From positions 6,510,001-6,574,000 of the forward strand of contig OZ059900.1 in the NCBI GenBank assembly GCA_964057225.1: DNA of 64,000 nt, written 5' to 3'. The notes below the pieces were generated by a model. The model worked only from the letters and a program-made list of their open reading frames with translations, was not told the DNA's origin and ran no database searches. Positions 43,365 through 55,389 of the stretch are shown in pieces. Position numbers and translations under genes: made by a program. The first letter of the stretch is position 1, and each line of letters begins with the position of its first letter. The DNA is from Auanema rhodensis (taxonomy: Eukaryota; Animalia; Nematoda).

Positions 43365-44807
43365 TATGCACTACTAAAAATACTTCAATAATTAAAAATT
43401 TTTCAAAATTAAATATCTAATGCTGTATACCCCTTTTTCAAAAAATAACCTTTTTTATATCACATTTTTCATTTACATGCTCTGCTCTGAAATTTTCTAA
43501 ATGTTCATTGATATGTGACGCGGTCCAAAATTCTTTAAACAATTAGAATAACTTTCTTGCACAAACTATTGTCCAAATCATTAGAATGCAATTCGATTTT
43601 CTAACAGAATTCCTAATCAAACTAATCGAACTATGTCGTTGTTTTTATGACTTCTAGTATTTGTAAATTCTTAATTGGGTTCTGCTAAATCTTGCGTTCA
43701 ACAATTGTCGGATTTCCTGGAGCTTTCGGAAAAAAATCAAAGTGTTCTTACCAATAAAAAATGCACGTTTGAAAGGAATATTATATTACAAGTTGTGTTC
43801 AAGATTGTTAATTATCTTAGATATTCTTTGTTTCTGATGTCATTTTGGTCGAAAATCTAATGCTAGCTCACATCCGTTTGAGTTTATATTTCTCCCTGCC
43901 TTTTGCGAGACCATGAATTATGTGTAAGTCTAGCTTAATTAAAACTTTACAAGAAACGGCTAGAAACTCTTGTCTCGCATTTCTTTTCATATATAAACAA
44001 GCCTAATAGAATGAAATTACACGAAGAAAACTGATCTCGTTCTATATTGGATTTGTTTTCTTGAAAAGCGCCGAATAATTTTTCGGCATGATTTATGAAC
44101 TTAAAGAAAATTAAGAAACAAAACTCACGAATTAGCTGACCACCCACAAGAAAATAAATACAAATACGAGCCACTTTTTGAATCCAGAAACTTATACAGC
44201 CAACTGCTATGCTTTCGAATAAACAGAGAAGAATGAGAGTCAATAGTTCTAGATGTGTAACTATGACAAAACGTTAATATTTATATATTGCAAGTGAATT
44301 TCACTATATTGTGATATAGAAATTCGAAATGTAAAAACGAAGAGAATTGATTGTTGAGAAGGAAACAGATTAGTCTATGCAGGCTGCAGGTGAATGCCAA
44401 AATAGACGGTTGATATGCAGAATGCAAAAGTGTGCAAGAGACCCAGGGTATAACAGACGAGTAGATAAGTAATTATAATGGTAAGGTGTATGAAAGACTA
44501 ATAGATGGTTAATTATAATATAGGTCTGTTGTTATATCAAATATATATATATCTGATATAACAAGTATATACGTATATATATATATATATTTATATAACA
44601 AAACTAAAGAGTTTATTTATCTAACGATGTTTAAATAAATTGGTTAAGCGCTGACACAATGTCAAGTCATGCTTATTAACAGCGCATTAGTAAACATTTC
44701 TTGTTTCGAAATCTGCATACTTCAAGATCATTCTATTCGTTGTAAAAAAGCCATTCTAATTGTAATTTTCAAAGTAATCCAATAACGTATGAAAGCTATG
44801 CGCTCAA

Positions 44808-44821
44808 GTTGCTATGGTGAT
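44808..44821 (-). promoter_or_regulatory. X-box (RFX/DAF-19) motif candidate
   Basis: Minus-strand ATCACCATAGCAAC matches RTHNYYWTRRNRAC. It lies 1.45 kb upstream of the WDR54-like ATG. Confidence 0.3.
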
Positions 44822-45333
44822 AAATGAATGCTGTCAAGAGAATTTCACCTTTTATTAACAAAAAGCGAACATTTCGTGCGATTTTCGTAGAAATGTTAGT
44901 GACTGATATTACCTGTTTATGTGGTTTTGCTATGCAGATATAATTACTATTCATTTTACAAAGTTAATTCAAACTTTATTTTCAAGCAGATTTAAATTAG
45001 TTTACTAGCAGAAAGTTAACTGTCAAGAGATAAAAACAAATTTTTTTTGGCGACTGATGAAAATTAATGCTTTATTGTGCTTTAACAAGTAGTTTTTGAC
45101 GAAAAGAAATCTATTTTTGAATAGTAGATAATAATTAGAGAAAATTATTCTTTTTCGTTTTCTTATTATTTAACTCTCTTTAATTGACAGTTAGTAAGTT
45201 ATACAATAAGATGAAAAAGAAATGAAAAATACTAATAGATATAGAAATATACTGAAAAAGGTGTATATGTGTGTGTGTAGTATATCGAATTCGAATTCGT
45301 ACAGTATTGAGTCTTCAATTAGAGTTCTGGTTT

Positions 45334-46967
45334 TCATGCCGTACCGTTATCCTTCTTGGTTGCTTCAACTTGCTTGCGAACCAAATATCCACGAACTTTT
45401 GCTTGAATCTTTGTTGCAGCTTCATCAACATTAAACTTGCTGTCCGTTTCTTGATCATGCTCTCCGCTGAATTATATAAGGTCAGAATAAAAAATGAATT
45501 AAATTGTCATTAAAATGCAAAACGAAATCGAAAGACATGAGATAAAACTAAAACATTCCGTTCGTCTAAACCGGAAAAATTTGTTTCAATTGAATAGCTG
45601 ATGACCATGAGAATGCTTGAGCATTCCAACTTACCGTTTTGGTTCTACGGCACGTGATCCACCGACGAGCTCGTCTCCATCATTTTCCTGTTGAAGCTAT
45701 AAAAAAGGGAATTGCTCATGAGAATAATGCAATTTAAAAATTCTTCTCATGGATATATTTTATGAGAATCAAACTTTGATTACTACAAATTTGAGATGAG
45801 GAAAAGAAATAAAAGATGAAAACCACCCACACAATCCCCGAGACACAGAATTATTTTATACTATTTTTGCTACAAACCAAATACGTTTTGATTCTGTATT
45901 TCCCTTGTTCGCATATAATTGCTATTACATTCTAAATCTCATGCCACCCGCTTTTGGTCTTCACTAATTGGCACACAATCTTTTCTGTTTTTTTTTCTAA
46001 GAATTTGCATTCTCTATTCTTTGTTCAATTAAATAATGCCGAAAACAGGACAGGACCTCACAAGAGTAGAAAAGAAGTTTAATGCCAGTTTCTGCAGATG
46101 TGAGCATTCCAATTTAAAATAATGGAGCGTCATGTGTCGGATAATTTGAACCCAAGAAAATTTAGATGTGCAATTGCTCTCTGAAGATATTTTCTGACAT
46201 ATCACACTAATATACACATGGTTATAGTATCAAGAACATGTGTTTAAGAAACTATCTATCCTCCTTATTTTTTGCTCTTGATCAAACTAGTATGTTCTTA
46301 TGCCTTGAGGCGCATCAGTCTTTTTATTCACTCTCTTCTTCTGTTTTGCTCTCATTCTTTCCCGCATTCTTTCGTTTTTATCTACATCTGCTTTACTGAT
46401 CTGGTTAGTAGCATTTAGCCCAAATGTATGTGTCGAGTATGAAAAGGCAAAAGGAGCTAGAATCACTTAAGAAAAAGCAAACAACTAAATTTATGATGCT
46501 CGTAAATTACATTTTTATGTGTATATGTGATCTTAATGATCATCCGGCCAAAGATATTTGAGTGCAATTATTTATTTATTTATTTTTTGATTTTTTCTTT
46601 TGAGCAAAAAAAATTACGGCAAACAGCTGTGTGGCTTACTCTGTTATGAAGGTTATCACGGAATGCTTCGTAGATTTCGGGCGATTGAAAGATATCGAAA
46701 TTTTTGTTCCCTGTAATGCAAAATTGAGTGAAAATTATATAAGATAAAAGTAGTATTTAGTTGAAATTTCAAATATAACTTTTTAAATTATTCACAAATG
46801 TATGCAATTAGCGAAAATGTAGTATAACCTTTTGCATGTTTGATCTCTTCCACAAATATTTCAGTAAAGCGAATTATATCTTTCGGTTGTGATCGAATAG
46901 CTTCACGCGCCATAAACTCCAAAAACGTTTGAAGATCTTGAGGAACAGTAAGACGAGAGCGTTCCAT
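45334..46967 (-). CDS. Sp17/SPA17-like protein: PKA RIIa dimerization/docking domain plus IQ motif (134 aa)
   Basis: Exons 46967-46829, 46710-46640, 45696-45635, 45466-45334 are in phase. N-terminal LTVPQDLQTFLEFMAREAIRSQPKDIIRF is the RIIa D/D domain; C-terminal AATKIQAKVRGYLVRKQV is the IQ motif. Confidence 0.85.
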
Positions 46968-49829
46968 TCTTAAAAAGTATGTGAAACGTTTAAATAAACA
47001 TTGAAAAAGCGAGAAATTCACACGGGTATAAAAGAATAAGAAACGGTGGGCTGGTGAGATTGTTTTGTTTCTTCGAATGTGATACATTTTTGTTTTAAAA
47101 TGTATTATACTCATATATAAATATATTTATTTAATTCGATATGAGAGTTTTGAGAAGAATGAGAAAGAGATCACCAATGTTTCAACAAGTGTCTTGGACC
47201 AACAGCTAGATAGAAAAAAAGTTCCCTATCTGATCTGAAACAATGAAGACAAAGATATGAAGCTAGATGTAGCACAAAAGGGGAGGAGTATGTAGAGCAA
47301 AAAATGACGACAACTTTGTTGGTGAAGAAGACGAGAATGAGGAAGAAAAAGAAGACTTCGAAGAAGAAGCAGTAAAAGTAGGAGGAGACAAGATATATCT
47401 TTTTAATAGATAAACGCACGCATCCGGATGACAATTTGTATACGTCTAAGACGGCCAACGGCCACATATTTCGTTAAAGTCATCTAAGTACAATTTCAAA
47501 ATATTACGTTGAATAGCTAATGAACCGAAAGAAACTTACAATCGCTAGAGAGTACGAGAAACAGGAAAGGGCAGAGCCGAAGTGAGAAAATCAATAATTA
47601 GGGAGGGAGGGAGGGCAAGAAAGATTGAGTAGAAATATAAAATAGACGAATGAAAGTAAAATAAAAATAAAATGTTGTAATAGCCATGAACTAAATAATT
47701 TCAATTTTTAAAAAAAAATTAAGAGGTAAGCCCTCGTGAAGTTAGTCTGCAAAAATGTTAATCCCATTTCACATAGTATACATAGTATATAATATTTCAA
47801 TATACCTTGAGACTGCAATTTAGTTAATGCAGCTACAGCGACAAGCCTTCAATATTAACTTTCTGTTTTCTGGGGGCAATAGAAAAAATCAAGTGCACAC
47901 ATATAATTCGACATTTGTCATGTTCCTTATGCCAGGTGGCAGGTGTTGGAAAGCTAAATCGACGAAGAGAAAGCGTTCTTATATACGCAATAGAAACAGC
48001 AGTTGCTCTGAGAGAAATGAAACTATTGTGTATTTACTTATTGTTTATTTTTTATGAGAAGGAAGCCAGTAGTTTGAAAGATGTAAGCCTTGCTGCTGAC
48101 AATGTTGTAACTACCGACTGAACGTGAGGCAATGACAAGCAAGTGTGAGTAAGCTGATATGACACAGCACATTCTTTGGAATGCGATACTATGGACAAAA
48201 ATGAGAGAGATACGAGCAGTGGGAGGATTAAAAAAATTTAAAGCAAAAGAAGGATAAATTCAGTGTTTTGAAAGAAATTTTTGAAAAATTAGTGATGTGT
48301 TTTGTAATGTAAAGAAAGGTAAATATTCTGTATATGAAAAGGCAGAAAAGAATATTCAAAAATTGAAGCGATTGGCATTCAAAAGGCGATAATTCTAAGC
48401 CTAAAAAGACGAAGAACAAATTGAAATCAAAACAACAAGACTCAGTACTTTAATGCTATATTGGAATTTGCTCATGACGCCATTTCCAGCTGAAAACTGC
48501 AATCAAAGCAGTGTGACAGAGGCGTTGAGCAGTTCAATAATCTTTTTTTTCACATTACCATCTCTTAAGCTCTCGCCCTCTTTTTCCTCTGCTGCATATT
48601 CACAATCTCTTTGATTTGTATAATATCTCGTGGGCTCGTTTTCTCTATCCTCGCATTTAGAGTGTTCATCACCTCCGATTCTGTCATGTAGTTGCTACGT
48701 TTGTCTCTCAATGTCTTACTTCTGGTTCAACATTGCACTGATGATGTCACCGAAAGAGATGAAAAATGCCAGGATATTTGAAGATAAAAACAAATATTCA
48801 CGAAATATGACATGAAAGCGAAAGAATAAACTTGATAGCAAAGCAGAATATATTGCGAAACAAGTTTATTAGAAGAAACGAAAATCTTGGTTAACGAAAG
48901 CGAATATTAAAAGAAAACTTCCCTCTTTCTAATAAAGTAGAATTAGGTGGTTTTTGGGCTGTGTGAGAAAAAAAGTTGTTAGAGAGGATTATCTTCATTT
49001 GGTTGTTAATGCATATTTTTCAAAAACAAAGATTTGTTTATTTAGAAAATAAAATTCTACAAACTTTTGGGAAGGAAGAAAATGAAAGTTATAACTTTTT
49101 GTTTTTTGTTGAATTAAGTATAAGCTTTTGTTCCATCAGAATATGAGGTATATTCAACAAATATATAACAGAATGAAATCCTACATATATTGAATAAAAG
49201 CATGTTCATAGAATAATATCATTATAACTATGTTTTATGATCAATTTCATCAGTACAAAATATTTGGTGAAAATAAATTTAATATATTCATATACATATA
49301 TATGTATATGCAAAAAGTGTATAATATAATAATTTTAAATGCAATAGTCTTTTTTTTATTAACTATAGTGCTGCTATAAGATTATAGTTCAGTTTGCCTT
49401 CGGAAAATTAAATTGTATATACATATATCTTTTATATAAATGCACATTTTGTTTGCTGATTGTATAAAAAAGGAAATCGAAAATATAAAAGGCATTTTTA
49501 TCGTTTTCGTATCTTTTTTCTATTATTTTTAATGATAGTTAGTCTGATTTGTAGCAGAATAAGAAAAATAGGTCATACACATGATTTGTAATCTTTTTCC
49601 AAATAGTTTACATAATATTTGTATTAGCTAACTCAAGTAATTGGAGTAATTTGTTTGAAAAAGAAGAATGTATTGGAGAAAAACTTGATAAGTGTAAAAG
49701 GAAACTTAGCAATATAAACGAATAACAAGATATATTTCATGCAAAGTCAGTAAATGAAAAAGGAATATCAATCGTTTAAAATGCCAAAATCCATACAAAC
49801 TGAATAATTGAGACTAAAAAATAATACAT

Positions 49830-51824
49830 TCATTGTGAGAGTTGGTAAATAGTGAAAATTAGTAGGAAGGCGAGATCAAGATAGCAGTATGACACAAAGG
49901 TTAGATCTATTCCTTTGCGACGGAACATGACTTGTTGTCCTTTTTTTCGAATGGCTCGACCAGCTGCATAAGCCGCTGAGTCCATACTAGTTATGGGTTG
50001 ATCTGTCATAATACTCTTAAATCGAACAGCATTCCTTTTGAATTGTTTGTTATCTAAATAGATCATATCATAACTATACTAATTTTGATATCAACGTACT
50101 CATAACGCTCAGCAATGACATCACAAACTGATCAGCTGTGAGCGTTAATTTATCGAGAATTTCAGCAAATCCTGCTGCGCGTATCATTTCAGAGTTATGA
50201 GTTTGTTCCGCAAACACTGGCATGAAGACAACTGGTACTTCACCGCAAATAGCATCTTTTACACTAAATTGTGAATATTAATTTCAGTATTATTTCGGCA
50301 ACATGTAACCTTTTCATTCCACCGTGACTTAAAAATACTTTAGTGCTATTATGTGCTAAAATTTCTTTTTGAGGAGCCCATCGTGTAATTTTGCAATGAT
50401 TGCCAATACCCTGAACCTGTTCCATTTTCCCATTGAAAGAAAATATAATTCTAATTCAAAAATTGAATTAATCAACTGTTTATTCGTTATGACATACCTA
50501 TAATCAGTTAGACGATTGATACCTTCTTTGAATGCTTCAAACACATGAGGAGTAGCATATTCCCATCGTACGTTTGAACCAAAAGCAATCATAATTGTTC
50601 CTTTTGATGCTGGATCTTCAATGAAAGTTTTGTATTCTTCATCCAAACTTTTAATTTTCGGACAATCATATGCAACATGAATGGCATCATTTCCAACTAG
50701 AATACGTTAATTTATCATATAATAACCTACTGAACTAACTAGGATGTGGCCAAACAAGGGTATTCAATGCATCAACAAAAATGTATGTGGATTGTTGAAC
50801 AAAATCTCGGACAACATTAGTGTTATGCATTCCAATTTTGGCTAGATTCTATAAAAAATGTTTTGTTGATGTTTACTTTTATGCACTTTACCGATGAAGC
50901 ACCCAACATTGTATCTATTGTTACACCGAACGATATCCATAATCCATGAAAAGTAGAATGAAACCGGTGCCAAAAGTTCGTAATATCAAATTTTCTTTCG
51001 ATCGGTGTATAAAATGATGGTCGATGTATCAAATTCGATCCATATGACAAATGTGATCGGAATAAATGCATCGTTGCACATGTTCCCATTATTCCGTAAT
51101 GAGTGCCTTTTCTTTTTTGTTTGAGAGCAATTCCGTAGGCCGGAATGGCGAAAAGTTCATCAGCAATCACGAAATCCCAAACATCATCAAAAAATGGCTG
51201 CACCTGGAAAAAGAGCTTTGCTTCAGATCCAGTCATCAAAAGGATTTTTTTTCAGTTCTTGGAAAATGTATTGTAAAAACGAACTTGATGATAATGCTTT
51301 TCAATCATTCCCAACAAGGCTTGATTGCTAGATCTCCACATGAATACAAAGTCATTAGGTCCGTAAACAACTTTCCATATTTTTGAAAAAATACTTTTAT
51401 AAAATTCTGGATCTTCTTTAAATACATTCAATAAAATATATGAAACTTCAAATCACATAAACCTTACCTTCAAATTTAACATATGTGTATGATATTTGAG
51501 GTGGATAGTTAAAAGGTTTAGGATTGCTGTCACTTTGTAAGAAATGAATATAATGATTATCTTTTTCCATTCTCAAGAAGTCATTTATTTCGGTCATGAA
51601 TAATAATAAAAACATTTTTTACCTTACTGCAAGCGGCATCATAGTTATAACATGACTGGTTGATCCATGCATTCCCGCAAACACAATTTTTGATTTTACC
51701 AATGTACTTGTTCCATTCTCTGTTTTGGCAGAAACCAAAACCGAAGTTATGAACAAAACTAGACCAACTTTATCTAAACATGTCTTTTATACAATTGTTA
51801 TAGTGAAATGAGTTTACCTCTCAT
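49830..51824 (-). CDS. ugt: UDP-glucuronosyl/glycosyltransferase (UGT family)
   Basis: 7-nt first exon (ATGAGAG), signal peptide, GSTSHVITMMPLA, WDFVIADELF, KGTIMIAFGS, the UGT signature WAPQKEILAHNSTKVFLSHGGMKSVKDAICGEVPVVFMPVFAEQTHN, and a C-terminal TM segment. Confidence 0.92.
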
Positions 51825-51869
51825 TTGTAGAGTAAAGCAAATAAGAGAAGCAATATTAGAATGATTTAT

Positions 51870-52265
51870 TTATCTTATCTTTTCACTTAAATATTAAGAA
51901 ATTTTTTACATCGTATCTTAGCAAAACAGAAAAAATCTGCTTATCTTTATTTCATGGCAATGATCCATAAAATAAAAAAATTCTCTATGTACATTTCGTA
52001 AAATATTTTTTGTGTTATCAAATATACAGCTCAGTTCTTTCAATTACTCTTATTATAGAAACTTTCGAATTATAATCAAGCAGACAATCTTCCAATCTAT
52101 TACTTTGTTTCTGTCAACGACAAACCGAAAACGTTTTTTTGGCTCGACTATAGTTTGAAAAAATTTTGTACTTAAATCAAGTGATAAGAACAGTAAAACA
52201 TTTCTGCTTCTAGTTGAAACGTTGATTTCTTACTCCACATATCTCTTGAAGCTTTGTTTTGATAA
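51870..52265. promoter_or_regulatory. GATA (TGATAA/AGATAA) site cluster upstream of the UGT; intestinal ELT-2-type promoter candidate
   Basis: TTATC/GATAA sites at ~51870, 51875, 51941, 52015, 52182 and 52260, all within 450 bp of the ATG. Confidence 0.4.
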
Positions 52266-52899
52266 AATCTTTCAGATTGCCTTTTATTCGCTACCTAAGG
52301 GCAAAAATATAAAAGTAATCATATTCTTACCAGTTTTAACAATAAAGCTTCAGAAATAAATGTTTGAAAACAAGAATGATCGGGTAAAATATTGTTTTCG
52401 TAAAAAAATGAAACCAATTGCTTTTTAAAAAAGAAAAAATGTTGTGTGATTTCTACCAAAAATTCTAAACCCCTAACGGGCTTTTCAATTAAAACCATAT
52501 ACCTATAGCAATTAGGCGAGGATACGATACATTTCAAAACAGTTTCGATATTTATCAAAACTTTAACCATCGTTATCGATTAATTTGAATTTACGATACA
52601 TTGTTTTTGACAAAAATTGATAATTTCAATATTCGATAACTATGAATATATCATAAAAAATTCTGAATCCTAAATTTCTTAAATAAAGATTTTTTCGAAA
52701 AAGTAATCCGTTGAATTGTGAATATAACTATAAATGAAAAAAAAATTTAATTCAAAATATTATTCATAATTACAATGATTTTTTTCTATTTACAGTAGAC
52801 AAACTGAAAATACAAATCTGAAACACATGTTTCAACTCTACTTGTTACAAAAGAAAGTTTGGCTTGAAAAGTAATTGATATTAATAGATTGAGTAATAT

Positions 52900-52967
52900 A
52901 ACATCTTGGTGTATTTGATCTGTTCCAGGTCAGTGAAAAACTCTCACTGGTTCAAATCCTCTCTAAG
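52900..52967 (+). pseudogene. Degenerate tRNA-like Pol III module 1 (left arm; mirror copy 55421-55488 on -)
   Basis: A-box-like TGGTGTA(T/G)TTGA and B-box GGTTCAAATCC at tRNA spacing; the cloverleaf is not intact. Confidence 0.45.
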
Positions 52968-53249
52968 AAATTTATAAAAACAAAAAATAACTCTTTCTCT
53001 CTCTCTCTCTCTCTCTCTACCTATCTCTGTAACTCTGTGTGCTTATCTCTTCTACTCGAAATGAAATCTATAACTTCAAAGTTTCTCTATAAACTCGAAT
53101 CATATTGATAAGATCTGCCAGGAAAACCTTAAAATTCGGGACAAAATTTGTCAATATGAAAACTTTCGGACGGTTCTGATATTCAATTTTTAAGTTAAGA
53201 AAAAACATCATTCCTGATTGAACTAGAAGAAGAGATCCTAACTATTCTG

Positions 53250-53322
53250 AGCAGTTTGGCCTAATGGTCTACTGCATGGATTGCAGGATACGCTACAGGG
53301 TTTGATACCTTTCTCTGTTTTT
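53250..53322 (+). pseudogene. Degenerate tRNA-like Pol III module 2 (left arm)
   Basis: A-box TGGCCTAATGG, B-box GGTTTGATACC, followed by TTTTTT; the anticodon stem is unpaired. Confidence 0.5.
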
Positions 53323-55071
53323 TAAGAAATTCAATATCAAATCGAGAATCCAAAAAACGGTCGAATGGATTTGGACTGTGAAAAAACGTTCTTTTTCAAA
53401 GTTTTGAGCTTTGTAGCTCAGTTAGAAATTAATATTTTTCATTTTTGATTAAATGGGCAAATTGTGGGAGATGAACTCTTTCATCTCACCAAATCTTAAT
53501 AGCCTATCTGGTCTACTATAGAAGTTGTAGCCTCCTAAAGAGGAGATATAAAATCAAAAACGTGACTTTGAAACGCTATATCTCCTTAACCGTTGAGTTT
53601 TTGGGAAATATTTTAGCGGATCTGAACTCTACGCAGAAAGATCTTTTAGAAAAGCTGCCTACATTGAAGATTGGAGTAGTTTGAATTTTCGGAAAATAGA
53701 GAATTCGGTCAATTTCCGGTTTGAGAAATAAAAATTTTGAGTTTTTTAAAAATTGAGGGTGCCTTCTGATAGAGCTTGAAATGCTGATTTCAAATATAGA
53801 AAGGAAATTTCTTTATTCTTACTGTGAAAAGAGTTATGAGACTTTTTATGTTTTGATGTTTTGCATTCAGAAGGCCATATCAACCTTCAGACGACATTTG
53901 AGGAATTTTTAGTTAGCAGAATCGTTTTCTACGTGTCTGGTTTACTTGGTCAACTTAGTTTCCAATGATTTTGTTCGAATTTTCAATTTTCGATCAAATG
54001 GTCCAAATCCATGTACTACCCCCTTACCTACTTTTTCATCAAAGTTGACCATCATCACATGAACTTTTAAGATTTTCACAAGTTTTTTGTTGATTTCCAT
54101 TTTGAAACAACTTCTAACTTGAGAGATTTGTAATGAAATCAGTGTTCCACGAGAATCGGAATAATAACAAGTTTTAGGTTAACAAGATTTGTTGAGCATC
54201 TGAATAATTGTTAGATGAGACAATCATTTCTTGAACTTTCAAAGTATATTCATTAATTCTTTTCTAATATCTTTAATTCTTATTTTTATAAAATATAAGT
54301 AAAGAAAAAAACTTGTGAAAATCTTAAAATTTCATGTGATGATGGTCAACTTTGATGAAAAAGTAGGTAAGGGGGTAGTACATGGATTTGGACCATTTGA
54401 TCGAAAATTGAAAATTCGAACAGAATGATTTGAAACTAAGTTGACCAAGTAAACCAGAGACGTAGAAAACGATTCTGCTAACTAAAATTTTCTCAAATGT
54501 CGTCTGAAGGTAGATATGGCCTTCTGAATGCAAAAGATCAAAACATATAAAGTCTCATAACTCTTTTCACAGTAAGAATAAAGAAATTTCCTTTCTATAT
54601 TTGAAATCAGCATTTCAAGCTCTATCAGAAGGCACCCTCAATTTTCAAAAAACTCAAATTTTTTATTTCTCAAACCGGAAATTGGTCGAATTCTCTATTT
54701 TTCAAAATTTCAAACTACTCCAATCTTCAATATAGGAAGCTTTTCTAAGAGATCTTTTCACGTAGAGTTCAGATCCGCTAAAATATTTCCGAAAAACTCA
54801 ACGGTTAAGGAGATATAGCGTTTCAAAGTCAAGGTTTTGACTTTATATCTCCTGTTTAGGAGGCTACAACTTCTATAGTAGACCAGAGAGGCTATTAAGA
54901 TTTGGTGAGATGAAAGAGTTCATCTCCCACAATTTGCCCATTTAATCAAAAATGAAAAATATTAATTTCTAACTGAGCTACAAAGCTCAAAACTTTGAAA
55001 AAGAACGTTTTTTCACAGTCCAAATCCATTCGACCGTTTTTTGGATTCTCGATTTGATATTGATTTTCTTA

Positions 55072-55144
55072 AAAAACAGAGAAAGGTATCGAACCCTGTA
55101 GCGTATCCTGCAATCCATGCAGTAGACCATTAGGCCATACTGCT
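55072..55144 (-). pseudogene. Degenerate tRNA-like Pol III module 2 (right arm)
   Basis: Minus strand AGCAGTATGGCCTAATGG...GGGTTCGATACCTTTCTCTGTTTTT: consensus A and B boxes plus a T-run terminator. Confidence 0.55.
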
Positions 55145-55356
55145 CATAGTAGTCTATATCATATCCTTCAATTTAATAGAGAATAATGTTTGTTATAAAC
55201 TTAAAAAGTTGAATATTTCAGAAATTTTTGGAGAATTTCTTTTTAGTAAACTTCTATCAAGTTTTTGCTGGAATCGAAGTTTTCTGAAGTTGATATCGTA
55301 TTTTAGAATTTATTTTTCAGAGATGTTTCAAGGTTCAAGTAAGGATAGATATTTAT

Positions 55357-55389
<33 letters not shown>

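Noticed and set aside
44529-44565. Near-perfect AT-rich palindrome around (AT)n
   Set aside because: Low-complexity self-complementary microsatellite context with no other support.
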